A stretch of 64,000 nucleotides of DNA from a bacterium (GCA_037130175.1 JBAXTN010000002.1:56455-120454), one strand, 5' to 3'; positions 20,482 to 30,462 are shown, counted from the stretch's first letter. Notes: a model not told the origin generated them from the letters alone. A program made the numbers and translations.

Positions 20482-21669
20482 TCATCGTACTGCCCTCTTC
20501 ATTATCTCCGTGAGTACATCAGTAACTTTATCAATGTGTTTTTCAAGCAATGTGGGATGAACTTGGAACATAAGACTTGTCTCGCCGAGTTGTCGGGCAA
20601 CTGGAAGTCTTGTTTCTGGCCTCCAAGTTGTTCCCTCAAAGGCTTTCTCAAGATATATTTCCGGACATGATCCGGTCAGGCAAGGAACCCCTGCCTCTTG
20701 AATTTCCATCATAATTCGATCCCTGGTCCACTCATCTTTTAATAGTGTGTTAACAACAAAAACATAGGCCTTGTAAGCAGCATGCCCCCCCCCCTCCACA
20801 ATCTTTGGAGATCGTAGGCCAGGCAATTCATCAGCAGCTTTCCAGATGCATTGCGCATTACTAAGTCGTTGCTGCGTCCACGCTTCCATCTTCTTTAACT
20901 GGATACGCCCCATCACTCCCTGTATTTCTGTCATCCGCCAGTTCGTTCCAAAACTTTCATGAAGCCATCGAAAACCTGGCCCATGGTTGCCATGGTAAAC
21001 CGTCTCCCAGTTCTTCCCGTGATCCTTGTGAGACCACATAGCCTTCCAGAGATCAGGGTCGTTTGTGGTCACCATCCCCCCCTCTCCTCCAGTTGTCATG
21101 ATTTTATCTTGGCAAAATGACCATGTACCCACATCGCCTATACTGCCAACCATTTTTCCTTTATAAGATGCACCGTGGGCTTGAGCACAGTCTTCAATAA
21201 CCCTGATCCCGTGTTTTCTGGTCAATTCCAGAATCGGATCCATGTCACAAGGTGCACCTGCAAGATGCACACAGATCACGGCCTTTGTCCGAGATGAAAT
21301 TCGCTGAGAGATGCTCTGTGCCGTGATATTTTGCGTAAATTGATCAACATCAACAAATATTGGAGCGGCTCCAACCAGAACAATTGAGCTGACGGTTGCA
21401 AAGTAACTTCTTGGAGTAACGATCACCTCGTCACCAGGGCCAATACCCAAAGATTTCAGCGCTAACTCGATAGCGACGGATCCATTGCTGAGTGCGACAG
21501 CGTGAGCAGTGCCTGAAAATTCCGCAAATTCCTTTTCAAAAAGGCGACACTCCTCTCCTGTCCAGTAATTGACTTGTCCGGATTGAAGTACTTTGCTCAC
21601 AGCCGCAATTTGTTCCTCTGTGTAAGAGGGCCAAGCAGGCCAGAGTAATGTGCTTTCTCGGGTACTCAT
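20482..21669 (-). CDS. pglE: DegT/DnrJ PLP-dependent sugar aminotransferase (PglE-like)
   Basis: EDCAQAHGA, SFCQDKIMTTGGEGGM, GTNWRMTE; lies between pglD and pglF homologs. Confidence 0.88.
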   Translation of the reverse strand: MSTRESTLLWPAWPSYTEEQIAAVSKVLQSGQVNYWTGEECRLFEKEFAEFSGTAHAVALSNGSVAIELALKSLGIGPGDEVIVTPRSYFATVSSIVLVGAAPIFVDVDQFTQNITAQSISQRISSRTKAVICVHLAGAPCDMDPILELTRKHGIRVIEDCAQAHGASYKGKMVGSIGDVGTWSFCQDKIMTTGGEGGMVTTNDPDLWKAMWSHKDHGKNWETVYHGNHGPGFRWLHESFGTNWRMTEIQGVMGRIQLKKMEAWTQQRLSNAQCIWKAADELPGLRSPKIVEGGGHAAYKAYVFVVNTLLKDEWTRDRIMMEIQEAGVPCLTGSCPEIYLEKAFEGTTWRPETRLPVARQLGETSLMFQVHPTLLEKHIDKVTDVLTEIMKRAVR

Positions 21670-22316
21670 TTGCTTGACCTAACGGCTGTCTTTATAGGCT
21701 TTGCGGGCACTCCAGTCACGACACATCCTTGAGGAATATCTGAAACTACAGCCGCCCCGGCACCGACCATCGCTCCGGCTCCAATCGAGATGCCCTGTTT
21801 AACAGAGCTACCCACACCTATCATGGCAAGGTCTCCTACACACACTGATCCGGCAAGATGCACACCGGGACAGATATGAACTCCTGCACCGAGTCGGCAG
21901 TCATGATCCACCGAGGCACCTGTGTTGATAATATCTCCTTTTCCTATTTCCGTACCGATATTTACTGCTGCGTTTGCAAAAATTACTGTTCCATTTCCAA
22001 CCAGACTTCTTTTGCTCACAACCGCCCTAGGGTGGATAAGAGAAGGCAACGCCCCTCCACACCGCTCCACCTCATCCATCAGCTCTTTTCTGGCTGTATT
22101 GGAGCCTATCCCAAGAGCAAAATCACATCCTCCAACAGCAAGTTGACTTAATTCGGATACCCGTCCGATAACCTGCCATTCCTCCCATATCTCTAATGCC
22201 GGATAGCGATCATCAAGAAACACGATCTCGCACCATTTGTCCAGCAAATCGCAAAGGTCGGCTACCACCTTCCCATGTCCGCCTGCTCCAATAATTACAA
22301 TCCGTTTACTTCTCAT
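21666..22316 (-). CDS. pglD: Sugar N-acetyltransferase (PglD/NeuD family, hexapeptide repeats)
   Basis: IIGAGGHG, INTGASVDHDC, left-handed beta-helix repeats, terminal GVPAK. Confidence 0.88.
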   Translation of the reverse strand: MRSKRIVIIGAGGHGKVVADLCDLLDKWCEIVFLDDRYPALEIWEEWQVIGRVSELSQLAVGGCDFALGIGSNTARKELMDEVERCGGALPSLIHPRAVVSKRSLVGNGTVIFANAAVNIGTEIGKGDIINTGASVDHDCRLGAGVHICPGVHLAGSVCVGDLAMIGVGSSVKQGISIGAGAMVGAGAAVVSDIPQGCVVTGVPAKPIKTAVRSSK

Positions 22317-22905
22317 TTCTAGTTCCTTTAAATTTCTCGGCACTCACATTGTCTGACTGATTTACGCCGCTTCCATAAAGCACTTTAAGTAACGTCAAAA
22401 ATAGAATTTTTAAATCCAAAAAAGTAGTTTTATTATCAACATACCATACATCGAGTCGGAACTTATCCTCCCAAGAGATAGCATTTCTACCGTTAACCTG
22501 AGCCCATCCGGTGATACCAGGTCGCACTTCATGTCGACGGTTCTGCTCAGCAGTATAAAGCGGAAGATACTCAACCAGCAATGGCCGCGGCCCAATCAGA
22601 CTCATATCCCCTCTGAGCACATTCAAAAGCTGAGGAATCTCATCAAGACTCATCCTTCGCAGCAATTTTCCCAATGCTGTTACCTGATGATTATGACAAA
22701 GTGATACCCCTTGACTAGGAGTTGTCTGTACCATGGTTCGAAATTTCAGCAAAAAAAACACCCTTCCATTTTTTCCAGGGCGAGGCTGGACAAAATATAT
22801 CGGCCTTCCCATGGCGCACAAGATCGCAAAACTAACGACTAGAAAAACCGGAGAGAGAATCACGAGTAAGAATATTGAGATCAATATATCAAAAATTCTC
22901 TTCAT
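22306..22905 (-). CDS. pglC: Monotopic phosphoglycosyl transferase (PglC-like, initiating)
   Basis: KRIFD, KFRTM, SLDEIPQL.NVL.GDMS.IGPRP, RPGITGWAQVNGRN. Confidence 0.9.
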   Translation of the reverse strand: MKRIFDILISIFLLVILSPVFLVVSFAILCAMGRPIYFVQPRPGKNGRVFFLLKFRTMVQTTPSQGVSLCHNHQVTALGKLLRRMSLDEIPQLLNVLRGDMSLIGPRPLLVEYLPLYTAEQNRRHEVRPGITGWAQVNGRNAISWEDKFRLDVWYVDNKTTFLDLKILFLTLLKVLYGSGVNQSDNVSAEKFKGTRNEK

Positions 22906-24044
22906 TTCTGTATGTCACTTGAAATTGTTTGGTAAAAACCCAAAGTATTTGCCGTCACAATCGCCATACTGAACTGAGTCTGCACACGCATTCTGGCGGC
23001 ATTCCCCATATGCAAGCGTTCCGTAGGATCGCTTGCTAAACGAGTCATTGCCATTGAAAGCTCTTTGGCGTTACCAGAAGCGTGAAGAATGCCTGTTTGC
23101 CCATCAACGACCGCATCGGTTAATCCATAGATCCGGGAGGCGATAGCCGGGAGGCCAACTGCTGCTGCCTCGATAATAGTGGAGCCGAATCCCTCCCGAT
23201 GACTCGGAAGGACAAATATATCACCTGCAGCCATGTATAACTCAGGGGTGTCCGTATATCCCACCCTCACCATACGATGCCTTGCCGGAGAAGTCTCTAT
23301 AAGGAGTTCCATTGATTCCTCATCCGGCCCGACAATAAGCAGCCAAATATTAGCCAGACTCTCTGTAACCTCTTCAAAAGCTCGCAGTAGTTCAGGAAAT
23401 CCCTTGTCACGATTCAGCCGACCGACATAGAGAAAAACTACATCTTCTGCAGAGATACCATTTTTTTCTCGTAGAGCATGTCGGGCAGTGGGATTCGGAT
23501 GGAATCGAAGCAGATTGACACCACTTATCGACCCATGCCCTAAAACAGTAGACTTTTTAGTAGCGACGACCCCGTTTTCGATTAAAAACTTTTGCTGGGA
23601 AAAGCTATCCACTATTACATGCGTGGCAAAATGGGCAATCATCTTGTCCATCAAGCGAAGCGCAAAACGGTATACTCCCGACTTAGTCGCCCAAACCTGG
23701 CCCGTAAAGGTATGAACCCTGATGGGAATTCCGGCAAAAAATGCAGCAGACATGGAGAGAAGACCAGCCTTAGGGGTAACCGAATGGACAATTTGAAACC
23801 GTTCATTTCGAAAATATAAAAATAGAGAAAATAGGGCTTGCAGATCCTCCCACGGGCGAATCTTTCGCTCAATTGGCACATGCTTGAAATGCGCAGCTAT
23901 TTCGAACTCATCAAGGAACGTACTTCTGGTAGAATTGGCTACCACAGAAAGCTCATATTGAGTCGCAATCTCCCGAAGTTGATCACGCAGGAATGCGACT
24001 ACAGTCATTGGTGAGGAGACGACAAGACAAAACTTGGTTTTCAT
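22902..24044 (-). CDS. GT4 glycosyltransferase (PglA/CapM-like)
   Basis: HSVTPKAG, GRLNRDKG, PSHREGFG..IIEAAA. Confidence 0.85.
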   Translation of the reverse strand: MKTKFCLVVSSPMTVVAFLRDQLREIATQYELSVVANSTRSTFLDEFEIAAHFKHVPIERKIRPWEDLQALFSLFLYFRNERFQIVHSVTPKAGLLSMSAAFFAGIPIRVHTFTGQVWATKSGVYRFALRLMDKMIAHFATHVIVDSFSQQKFLIENGVVATKKSTVLGHGSISGVNLLRFHPNPTARHALREKNGISAEDVVFLYVGRLNRDKGFPELLRAFEEVTESLANIWLLIVGPDEESMELLIETSPARHRMVRVGYTDTPELYMAAGDIFVLPSHREGFGSTIIEAAAVGLPAIASRIYGLTDAVVDGQTGILHASGNAKELSMAMTRLASDPTERLHMGNAARMRVQTQFSMAIVTANTLGFYQTISSDIQK

Positions 24045-24048
24045 ACAT

Positions 24049-24834
24049 CTAATCACCGCTAACTCTATACCGAAGTGAGTAAAAACCCCGTCCGTAGAAC
24101 TCTCTCAGTGCAAGCTCCGTCTGACTGAGAGCGACGGCAGAAGGGCATAGATCCAAGATGCTTATCTGCGATTCCGTAGAGACGATAAAGCCAACAGGAT
24201 ATTCCGAAACATGGAACCCTTGGGCTTCGAATTGAGCTTTCGCTCTGGGCATATGAAATGCTGATGTGACAAGCAATATTCTCGAGATGTTTGCTGCTTC
24301 ATTAACATTATGGGGAGAGCGAACATTCATTAGATGAGCCACAGCTGCTGCCTCAGCGGCCGTATTGAAGACCTTTTCGGTTGTCTTTATCGACTCTAAT
24401 GGCACGCCAAACCAGTGAGCGTAGAGCTTGAGTATTTCCCCCTCAGATAATGCACCGGGTTCCCAAGGAGCGGCTCCTCCAGTGAAAATCAGGAGTGGAG
24501 CCTTATTAGCGGAGTATAGCTCAATACCTCCAAAAAAGCGGTTGGCATCTTCCCATTCACTGATCTTTGCCTTTCCGGGAGCAACATTCCTACCACTACT
24601 GAGAACCACAATGGCATCTACGGATGGGGCATCTTGCGGCAAGCATCGTACGGCATCACCCTCGATGAGTTTCAGCGCCTGTTTCCCAACAAGGGGAGTA
24701 CTGCAAATATAAAGAAGAACAAGCCCTCCTACAATCAGCATCTGTCTCCTAATCGTCAGTCCTAAAAACATCAGGATTATAGCAACCCCTAAAGGTAAAA
24801 ACAATATGGGCACTATTTTACTCAGATAGATCAT
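24049..24834 (-). CDS. YdcF/DUF218 (ElyC/SanA-like) family protein
   Basis: AIVVL, FTGG, SEG, NT..EA, LLVTSAFHMPRA, terminal RE; two N-terminal TMs. Confidence 0.85.
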   Translation of the reverse strand: MIYLSKIVPILFLPLGVAIILMFLGLTIRRQMLIVGGLVLLYICSTPLVGKQALKLIEGDAVRCLPQDAPSVDAIVVLSSGRNVAPGKAKISEWEDANRFFGGIELYSANKAPLLIFTGGAAPWEPGALSEGEILKLYAHWFGVPLESIKTTEKVFNTAAEAAAVAHLMNVRSPHNVNEAANISRILLVTSAFHMPRAKAQFEAQGFHVSEYPVGFIVSTESQISILDLCPSAVALSQTELALREFYGRGFYSLRYRVSGD

Positions 24835-24839
24835 CGTTG

Positions 24840-27737
24840 TTAATCCACTATGTTTTTCACAACAGCAAGCCGCCCATGCCAAACAAAAAAATGTCCAGCC
24901 CCCATAAGCACTAGTAGAAAAAAAATACTAATAATAGATAGGCTCCACCCAGAGGATACGGCAAATGAGATCAGTGCCCATATACTCCATGTCATTACCA
25001 GAACGCAAGGCATGAACATATTCATAGCACACTTCTTCAACATTACCAAGACAAGGTAAAGCGTTCCTATGAGAGCACCTCCAAGTGACGCATAGGCGAT
25101 ACCAAGCATTCCAATTTTAGGAACGAGAATCCAGCTCAGAGCAACACTTATGACCAGCGATAGAGCTGATGCTAGAACCGTTTGGGATGAACGCATTGTA
25201 AGAGCAGAAGCCTTGATCATAATTGTCCCTACAATCACTATGGGAAGCTGCACGACGCCGATCCTAATAACATGAGACAATGTTTGAATCTGTTGCTCCG
25301 TGACATGCGAACCATTAAACAGCATGGCGACTATCGGTTCCGCAAACTCGACTACAGCAAGAACTATAATACCACCAATCCATGTGCCACAGAACAGAAG
25401 AAATACAAAATAGTTGCCGAGTTGAGCGACGCTACAAAGATTAATTATTCTCGCCATATGAGGAAGAAGGACGGTCGTAATACATGCTACGATAAGACCA
25501 TTAAATAACAAAACCATCTTGCTGGAAAACGCCCATCCGGCAACTGTGCCACCCCCGACAGTTCCTGCAAAAAAGTAGTTCATCGGAGATACTACCGCCG
25601 CAAAGAATGAAGCGAATACAAGCCATCTGTATGTTCTGAAAACTGATTTTACAGACTGTGAACTTACTACTGCCGATGGTGTAATGGTAATCCCATCAAC
25701 TTGACATAGGATCGCTACGATTATCACATTAACGAGTGTGCCAACAACCATACCGATAATGGCATAAACTGCAAGTTGGTCTGATGGAGCAATGAGAATT
25801 GCGGTAACCGCACAGATTGGAACAGAAAGTGATGCCAAAGAGGAATCACGAAATCGGTGTAGAGAATTTAGCACCGCATTTCCTATAATTGTCCAGGCGC
25901 TTAGAAACACTATCGGGGCGAAAAGCCTCATCAGTAAAGCCCCATCAGCGATTTGGCGGGCACCATGGCTACCGAGTATAATGCGCATGGCTGGAACAGC
26001 CAAAATAAAACAGACAGCCGAACTTGCTAACATCATAAGACTACCCCAACAGATAATCTGGCGAATAAATTGGCGGCTTTTACTGCGATCACCATTGGTC
26101 CACATTTTCAAAAATGGCATTGTAACTGCATCCGACATTGGTAATGCCAAACAGTTGACCAAAACCATCGGTAGCATCATAGCTGAGAATAGCGAATCCG
26201 TACTGGAATTTAGACCTTTAGCTTGAATAAGTAGCAGGTCTCTTAAAAGGAATCCGAGATAGCCAAGGAAGGTGATTAATATCGTTATTCCACTCGATCG
26301 TAAGAGTGCTATAAGACCAAGTGAGGAACAACGCTGAGCAACGGGAGATAAACTAATTGCCTCAAATATAGGAACACCCTTTTGATGAGATTGCTCTATG
26401 TACAACAAAAAGCTTCTCGTTATACTTACCCATCCAATGGCACCACTAAGTAAAAAAAACATCCAAAAACCATATCTCTCACGATAAATAGTTCCAATAT
26501 TTGGATTTGTATAGTCCAGCACCATGAGGAGTGTGGCGCAAAAAAAGATTCCACTAATTAGGGAACAACTTGGGTTTCGCCACACGAGTACAATCAATCC
26601 ACAAAAGAAAAAATACCAAATTGCAGTTTCTATGGCCCCTATTAGCCGAGGAAGGGTAACACGCTGACTCCATGAGTTTGGAAATGGAGCGAATAACCCG
26701 ACGAAGAGGGCACGTGGCATATAGGATAATACTCCGAGAGTATCCGACGGCATGAGATGTTCATCCACCCCCGATCCTGAACTTACCGACTGGGAGTACG
26801 CGATAAAATGAACGCGCAACTCGCTCACACGCTTAAAAATAGCGTCAATTCGTGGAGGCAAAAAGGGTGTCTCTTTCCATTTCCAATGTTCAGATTCATG
26901 GCTTATGGCACTGGACGATTCGTGGCTTATGGCACTCTCACCATATATCAGGCTTGCACTAGACGATTTCGACGCGACAAAACCAACTGTCCCAACTATG
27001 GATACAAAGAAAAGCAGGACTAAATACTTTTGCCAACATTTCCTAGGATTTTTTTGAAACAGATTGGAGCAAAAGAAAGCTAACCACGAAATTAAAAATG
27101 CGACTGCAATAATTATAGTAAAGTGCGGCCTGAACACCGAGAGCAAAACTGAAGCCAAGCCAGCAACAGTTAAAATCCGAAGAGTACTAAAAGTCGAGTT
27201 GTTGGACTGCTGCAAATACAGCCAGCAGCATAACATTGTCAATATCCCGGCAATAGCAAATGCATCTTTTAGATTTTGTCCATACCAGAGCAACGCGGAA
27301 GGGAAGATCAGAAATACAATTCCTGCAATGGCACCTCCAGTTCGTCCAATCTTGCCTGAGCATAAAAGTGGGCCCATAAGATAGATCATCAGAGCTCCTG
27401 TTGCGTGGGCGGCAGCATTCAAAGGAATAAATGCCGCTGGATTAGGTCCCATAAGAGCATATAGAGCTGCTAAAACACCGACATTAGCTGTGAATGGTTG
27501 CCCATTAATGATGGGCATAAGTTTCCATTCAGACCAACCGATAGTATTGATTTTTTTAGCAAGGCTCTCAGCCGCATCATGAAAAATAATCGCATCACTC
27601 TTCATCAATCCATGCCCAGCGTGCATTCCGGGGATCATTGGCAACAAAATTTTCTGCAAGACAAGTGCTAGCAAGCAGGAATAGAAAAATCCGCATGCCC
27701 AATATAATATACAGCGACTTATTTCCTGCTTATTCAT
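24840..27737 (-). CDS. Fusion: Wzy/GT-C-like membrane domain plus MurJ/MviN-like flippase
   Basis: N-terminal about 440 aa polytopic with SDA..FH, LKD and NIGTIYRER; C-terminal about 480 aa with GFLLRDLLL...G....DSLF.A..LP, ITTVLLP and 12-14 TMs. Confidence 0.7.
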   Translation of the reverse strand: MNKQEISRCILYWACGFFYSCLLALVLQKILLPMIPGMHAGHGLMKSDAIIFHDAAESLAKKINTIGWSEWKLMPIINGQPFTANVGVLAALYALMGPNPAAFIPLNAAAHATGALMIYLMGPLLCSGKIGRTGGAIAGIVFLIFPSALLWYGQNLKDAFAIAGILTMLCCWLYLQQSNNSTFSTLRILTVAGLASVLLSVFRPHFTIIIAVAFLISWLAFFCSNLFQKNPRKCWQKYLVLLFFVSIVGTVGFVASKSSSASLIYGESAISHESSSAISHESEHWKWKETPFLPPRIDAIFKRVSELRVHFIAYSQSVSSGSGVDEHLMPSDTLGVLSYMPRALFVGLFAPFPNSWSQRVTLPRLIGAIETAIWYFFFCGLIVLVWRNPSCSLISGIFFCATLLMVLDYTNPNIGTIYRERYGFWMFFLLSGAIGWVSITRSFLLYIEQSHQKGVPIFEAISLSPVAQRCSSLGLIALLRSSGITILITFLGYLGFLLRDLLLIQAKGLNSSTDSLFSAMMLPMVLVNCLALPMSDAVTMPFLKMWTNGDRSKSRQFIRQIICWGSLMMLASSAVCFILAVPAMRIILGSHGARQIADGALLMRLFAPIVFLSAWTIIGNAVLNSLHRFRDSSLASLSVPICAVTAILIAPSDQLAVYAIIGMVVGTLVNVIIVAILCQVDGITITPSAVVSSQSVKSVFRTYRWLVFASFFAAVVSPMNYFFAGTVGGGTVAGWAFSSKMVLLFNGLIVACITTVLLPHMARIINLCSVAQLGNYFVFLLFCGTWIGGIIVLAVVEFAEPIVAMLFNGSHVTEQQIQTLSHVIRIGVVQLPIVIVGTIMIKASALTMRSSQTVLASALSLVISVALSWILVPKIGMLGIAYASLGGALIGTLYLVLVMLKKCAMNMFMPCVLVMTWSIWALISFAVSSGWSLSIISIFFLLVLMGAGHFFVWHGRLAVVKNIVD
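26893..26936. repeat. In-frame tandem duplication, 24-nt period (SAISHES twice)
   Basis: gattcatggcttatggcact (26893-26912) and gattcgtggcttatggcact (26917-26936). Confidence 0.85.
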
Positions 27738-28626
27738 TATTCAGACTACGAGATACTATTGATTGCGCTATGCTGAACCATCCATCGATAACTCCACGAA
27801 CTGCCCTATAATTAAATTGTAATAATGCATGAAAAAAGAATCCGATATTGAGCCATAAAAAGGCAACTTGAGCGAACGGAATAGTATTTAAGTTTTTTTT
27901 GTAATGATAATAGTAAAATTCCACTTTACTTGAATAAATCCACCTTATGCTTTGTCTCTCTATAGGGGAAGGATAATGATAGATTTTTGATAGGGGCTGA
28001 ATAAATAGTTTGGTTCGCAATCCAACACGATACGAAAAATCAATATCCTCCCCGATGCACGAACCGGTAAGCTTTTCATCGAATTTTTCATTGTCAAATA
28101 CTTCGCGACGATACGCCCCTACTCCGGGCAAGGTATTTGTCTGAATAATATTTTTTCTGTTTGAAAAAAAGATCTCTTCTCTATTTTGTCTAAAAGGCCC
28201 GATATAAAATACTCTAAATAATATTTTTTTCAGAATTGATATTTTTCTATCTGGCTCGATTACTAAACCTGATACCCCTCCTGCTATAGGTGACTTAAAT
28301 GCTTTAAGAAGATAATAAAAATAGTCCGGATCTAAAATGGCGTCATCATCTAAGAACTGAATAACCTGACCTTTTGATTCTTTAACGCCACGATTTCGTG
28401 CTGCTGTCAGTCCCCGGTCTTCTGGAGCATGAATGTAACGAATACCGGGCGCATGCGGACAACCGTGCAAAATTACTTCAAAAATACTAGGATCTGACAT
28501 TTCTTGAGATCCATCCACAATAACAACTTCGTCTATACGAACAGATTGGTTGCCAATAGATTGAACCGCAGCTAAAATCGTGCTTCCTCGAGACTTAGTT
28601 GGAATGATTACGGAAATAGCTGTCAT
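27730..28626 (-). CDS. GT2 glycosyltransferase
   Basis: ISVIIPT, GLTAARN.G, FLDDD, GEDIDFS. Confidence 0.88.
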   Translation of the reverse strand: MTAISVIIPTKSRGSTILAAVQSIGNQSVRIDEVVIVDGSQEMSDPSIFEVILHGCPHAPGIRYIHAPEDRGLTAARNRGVKESKGQVIQFLDDDAILDPDYFYYLLKAFKSPIAGGVSGLVIEPDRKISILKKILFRVFYIGPFRQNREEIFFSNRKNIIQTNTLPGVGAYRREVFDNEKFDEKLTGSCIGEDIDFSYRVGLRTKLFIQPLSKIYHYPSPIERQSIRWIYSSKVEFYYYHYKKNLNTIPFAQVAFLWLNIGFFFHALLQFNYRAVRGVIDGWFSIAQSIVSRSLNNE

Positions 28627-28630
28627 GATA

Positions 28631-29581
28631 TTACTGTGACATATTTCGAAGAATTAAAAGTGTGTCCTGTAAACTTTTTTTGATCGGTATCTTGGGAGAC
28701 CACCCTGATAATGCATGTAATTTTGAGCCTTCACCCTTCTGCGTCATGATTGCCAATGGTCCAGGTGGTGGGCCCGTCTCGATGATTTTGATTTTTGGCA
28801 CGCTACTCAACTCGACAAGAGTATTGGCAATTTCACAGATGGATGTCGGGTACCCAGAACAAACATTATAGGCATCACCGGGAATACCGAGTTCAATAAT
28901 ATCCCAATATGCGCGCACTATATCCCGTACATCGGTAAAATCGCGACTGGGAAGTAATGTTCCTGCATAAAGTTCTGGTTCCTGAAGTTCTTCTTCGATC
29001 CTGACAATCTGCTTCGCTAGTGTAGCCACCACAAGACCCGCCGGTTCTCCTGGTCCCGTTTGGTTGAATGTTCTCGCCCGGACTGTCAGTAGACCATGTT
29101 CTGTATAGAACTGCTGAGCTAGCATATCCTGAGCAGCCTTTGTAACAGCATATAGAGACTGAGGTTGAAATGGAGCTGTTTCACATAGCGGGTCATCTGG
29201 AACACTTGGTCTGCCATAAACTGCAGAGGATCCGGCAATGAGGATCCGTGCAGATGGAGCTTTTTTGCGTACGGCTTCTAGCAGATTTTGTGTTCCCAAT
29301 ATATTTGATGTTATGAAATCTTCTGGGCCGGGAGGAGGAGTTCCTCCTGGAATTTTGGCAGCAAGATGAAAAATCCATTCTGGCTGAACAGAATCAATTA
29401 CTGAATCAATAAAATTTGGTATGGTCAGATCCCCAATATGAATCTTTATCCCGTTAATAGATATATTACCGCGGACAATTCCATGAACTTCGGTCCCGTT
29501 GGCAATCGCAAGTTCAATAAGATGTCGTCCGGCACAACCTGCTGCCCCTGTAATTAATATCCGTCGTGATGCAGATTTCAC
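28631..29581 (-). CDS. GDP-4-keto-6-deoxy-D-mannose reductase-like SDR (Rmd/Tld-like)
   Basis: ITGAAGCAG, FHLAA, SSAVYG, YAVTK, R.FNQTGPG, RDFTDVRDIVRAY. Confidence 0.7.
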   Translation of the reverse strand: MKSASRRILITGAAGCAGRHLIELAIANGTEVHGIVRGNISINGIKIHIGDLTIPNFIDSVIDSVQPEWIFHLAAKIPGGTPPPGPEDFITSNILGTQNLLEAVRKKAPSARILIAGSSAVYGRPSVPDDPLCETAPFQPQSLYAVTKAAQDMLAQQFYTEHGLLTVRARTFNQTGPGEPAGLVVATLAKQIVRIEEELQEPELYAGTLLPSRDFTDVRDIVRAYWDIIELGIPGDAYNVCSGYPTSICEIANTLVELSSVPKIKIIETGPPPGPLAIMTQKGEGSKLHALSGWSPKIPIKKSLQDTLLILRNMSQ

Positions 29582-30462
29582 TTTGTTTGAAGAGTTGTCT
29601 TAAAAATTAGGCTTTTAGCAATGAACTTAAGTGAAAGTGCTCCATTCATAGCAAGATCGTATTCTGCTAGTGCTTCTATTGTATTGTTGCATGCATGATG
29701 GATTCTTGCGGAGCGGTAGTGAAAAAACGCCTCTGCCTTATTCTTCTCTTTTGAAGAAAGGCGATCTAAATGTCGTCCATATAATGTTTTTAGACGCAAA
29801 ATCTGGAGGGACGACGGACTCGAAATACTATTTGGCGCCGACCAATAACAACCCAGAGGGCGTGGTATCCGCACAAAGCGATTTGACACTGTGGCAATGT
29901 TTAACCAGCAGTCCATGTCTTCGACAGCTATCAGCATAGGATCCTCAGAAAATCCGCTAACTTGAAGGAGAAGATTTTTACGCACTACCACACTCGAGTT
30001 TGGAATGGAGATACCAGAACACAGAATATTCTCGAATATTGGCACTTTAGGATTTCCAGATCGGATTTTATATTTTTTTGCTTCATTTTCAGAAGTCATA
30101 ATCCACATGTCATGATATACAAAGTCCGCACCGGACCGTAGTATTTTTAAGCATGCCTCCAATTTGATAGGCTCCCACCAATCATCGGAATCTAGAAAAG
30201 CAATGTAGTCGGCACATGCGATTTTAATTGCACGATTCCTAGGTCTTGCAGGCCCCCCAAAATTACCTTCACTTATGTAAGATAGTGACAATCTTGATCT
30301 GAAGGAATCAACAACTTCTCTGGTGGAATCTGTAGATCCATCGTCACTAACAATCACTTCGAAATCTTGAGTTGTCTGCCGGGTCAATGATTCCAAACAA
30401 CGCACTAAAAGGCTCGCTCTATTATAGGTAGGAATAACTACGGATATTAATGGTTTTAACAT
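29578..30462 (-). CDS. GT2 glycosyltransferase
   Basis: ISVVIPTYNR, DDGSTD, GGPARPRN, FLDSDD, ED. Start moved to ATG 30462. Confidence 0.9.
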   Translation of the reverse strand: MLKPLISVVIPTYNRASLLVRCLESLTRQTTQDFEVIVSDDGSTDSTREVVDSFRSRLSLSYISEGNFGGPARPRNRAIKIACADYIAFLDSDDWWEPIKLEACLKILRSGADFVYHDMWIMTSENEAKKYKIRSGNPKVPIFENILCSGISIPNSSVVVRKNLLLQVSGFSEDPMLIAVEDMDCWLNIATVSNRFVRIPRPLGCYWSAPNSISSPSSLQILRLKTLYGRHLDRLSSKEKNKAEAFFHYRSARIHHACNNTIEALAEYDLAMNGALSLKFIAKSLIFKTTLQTK

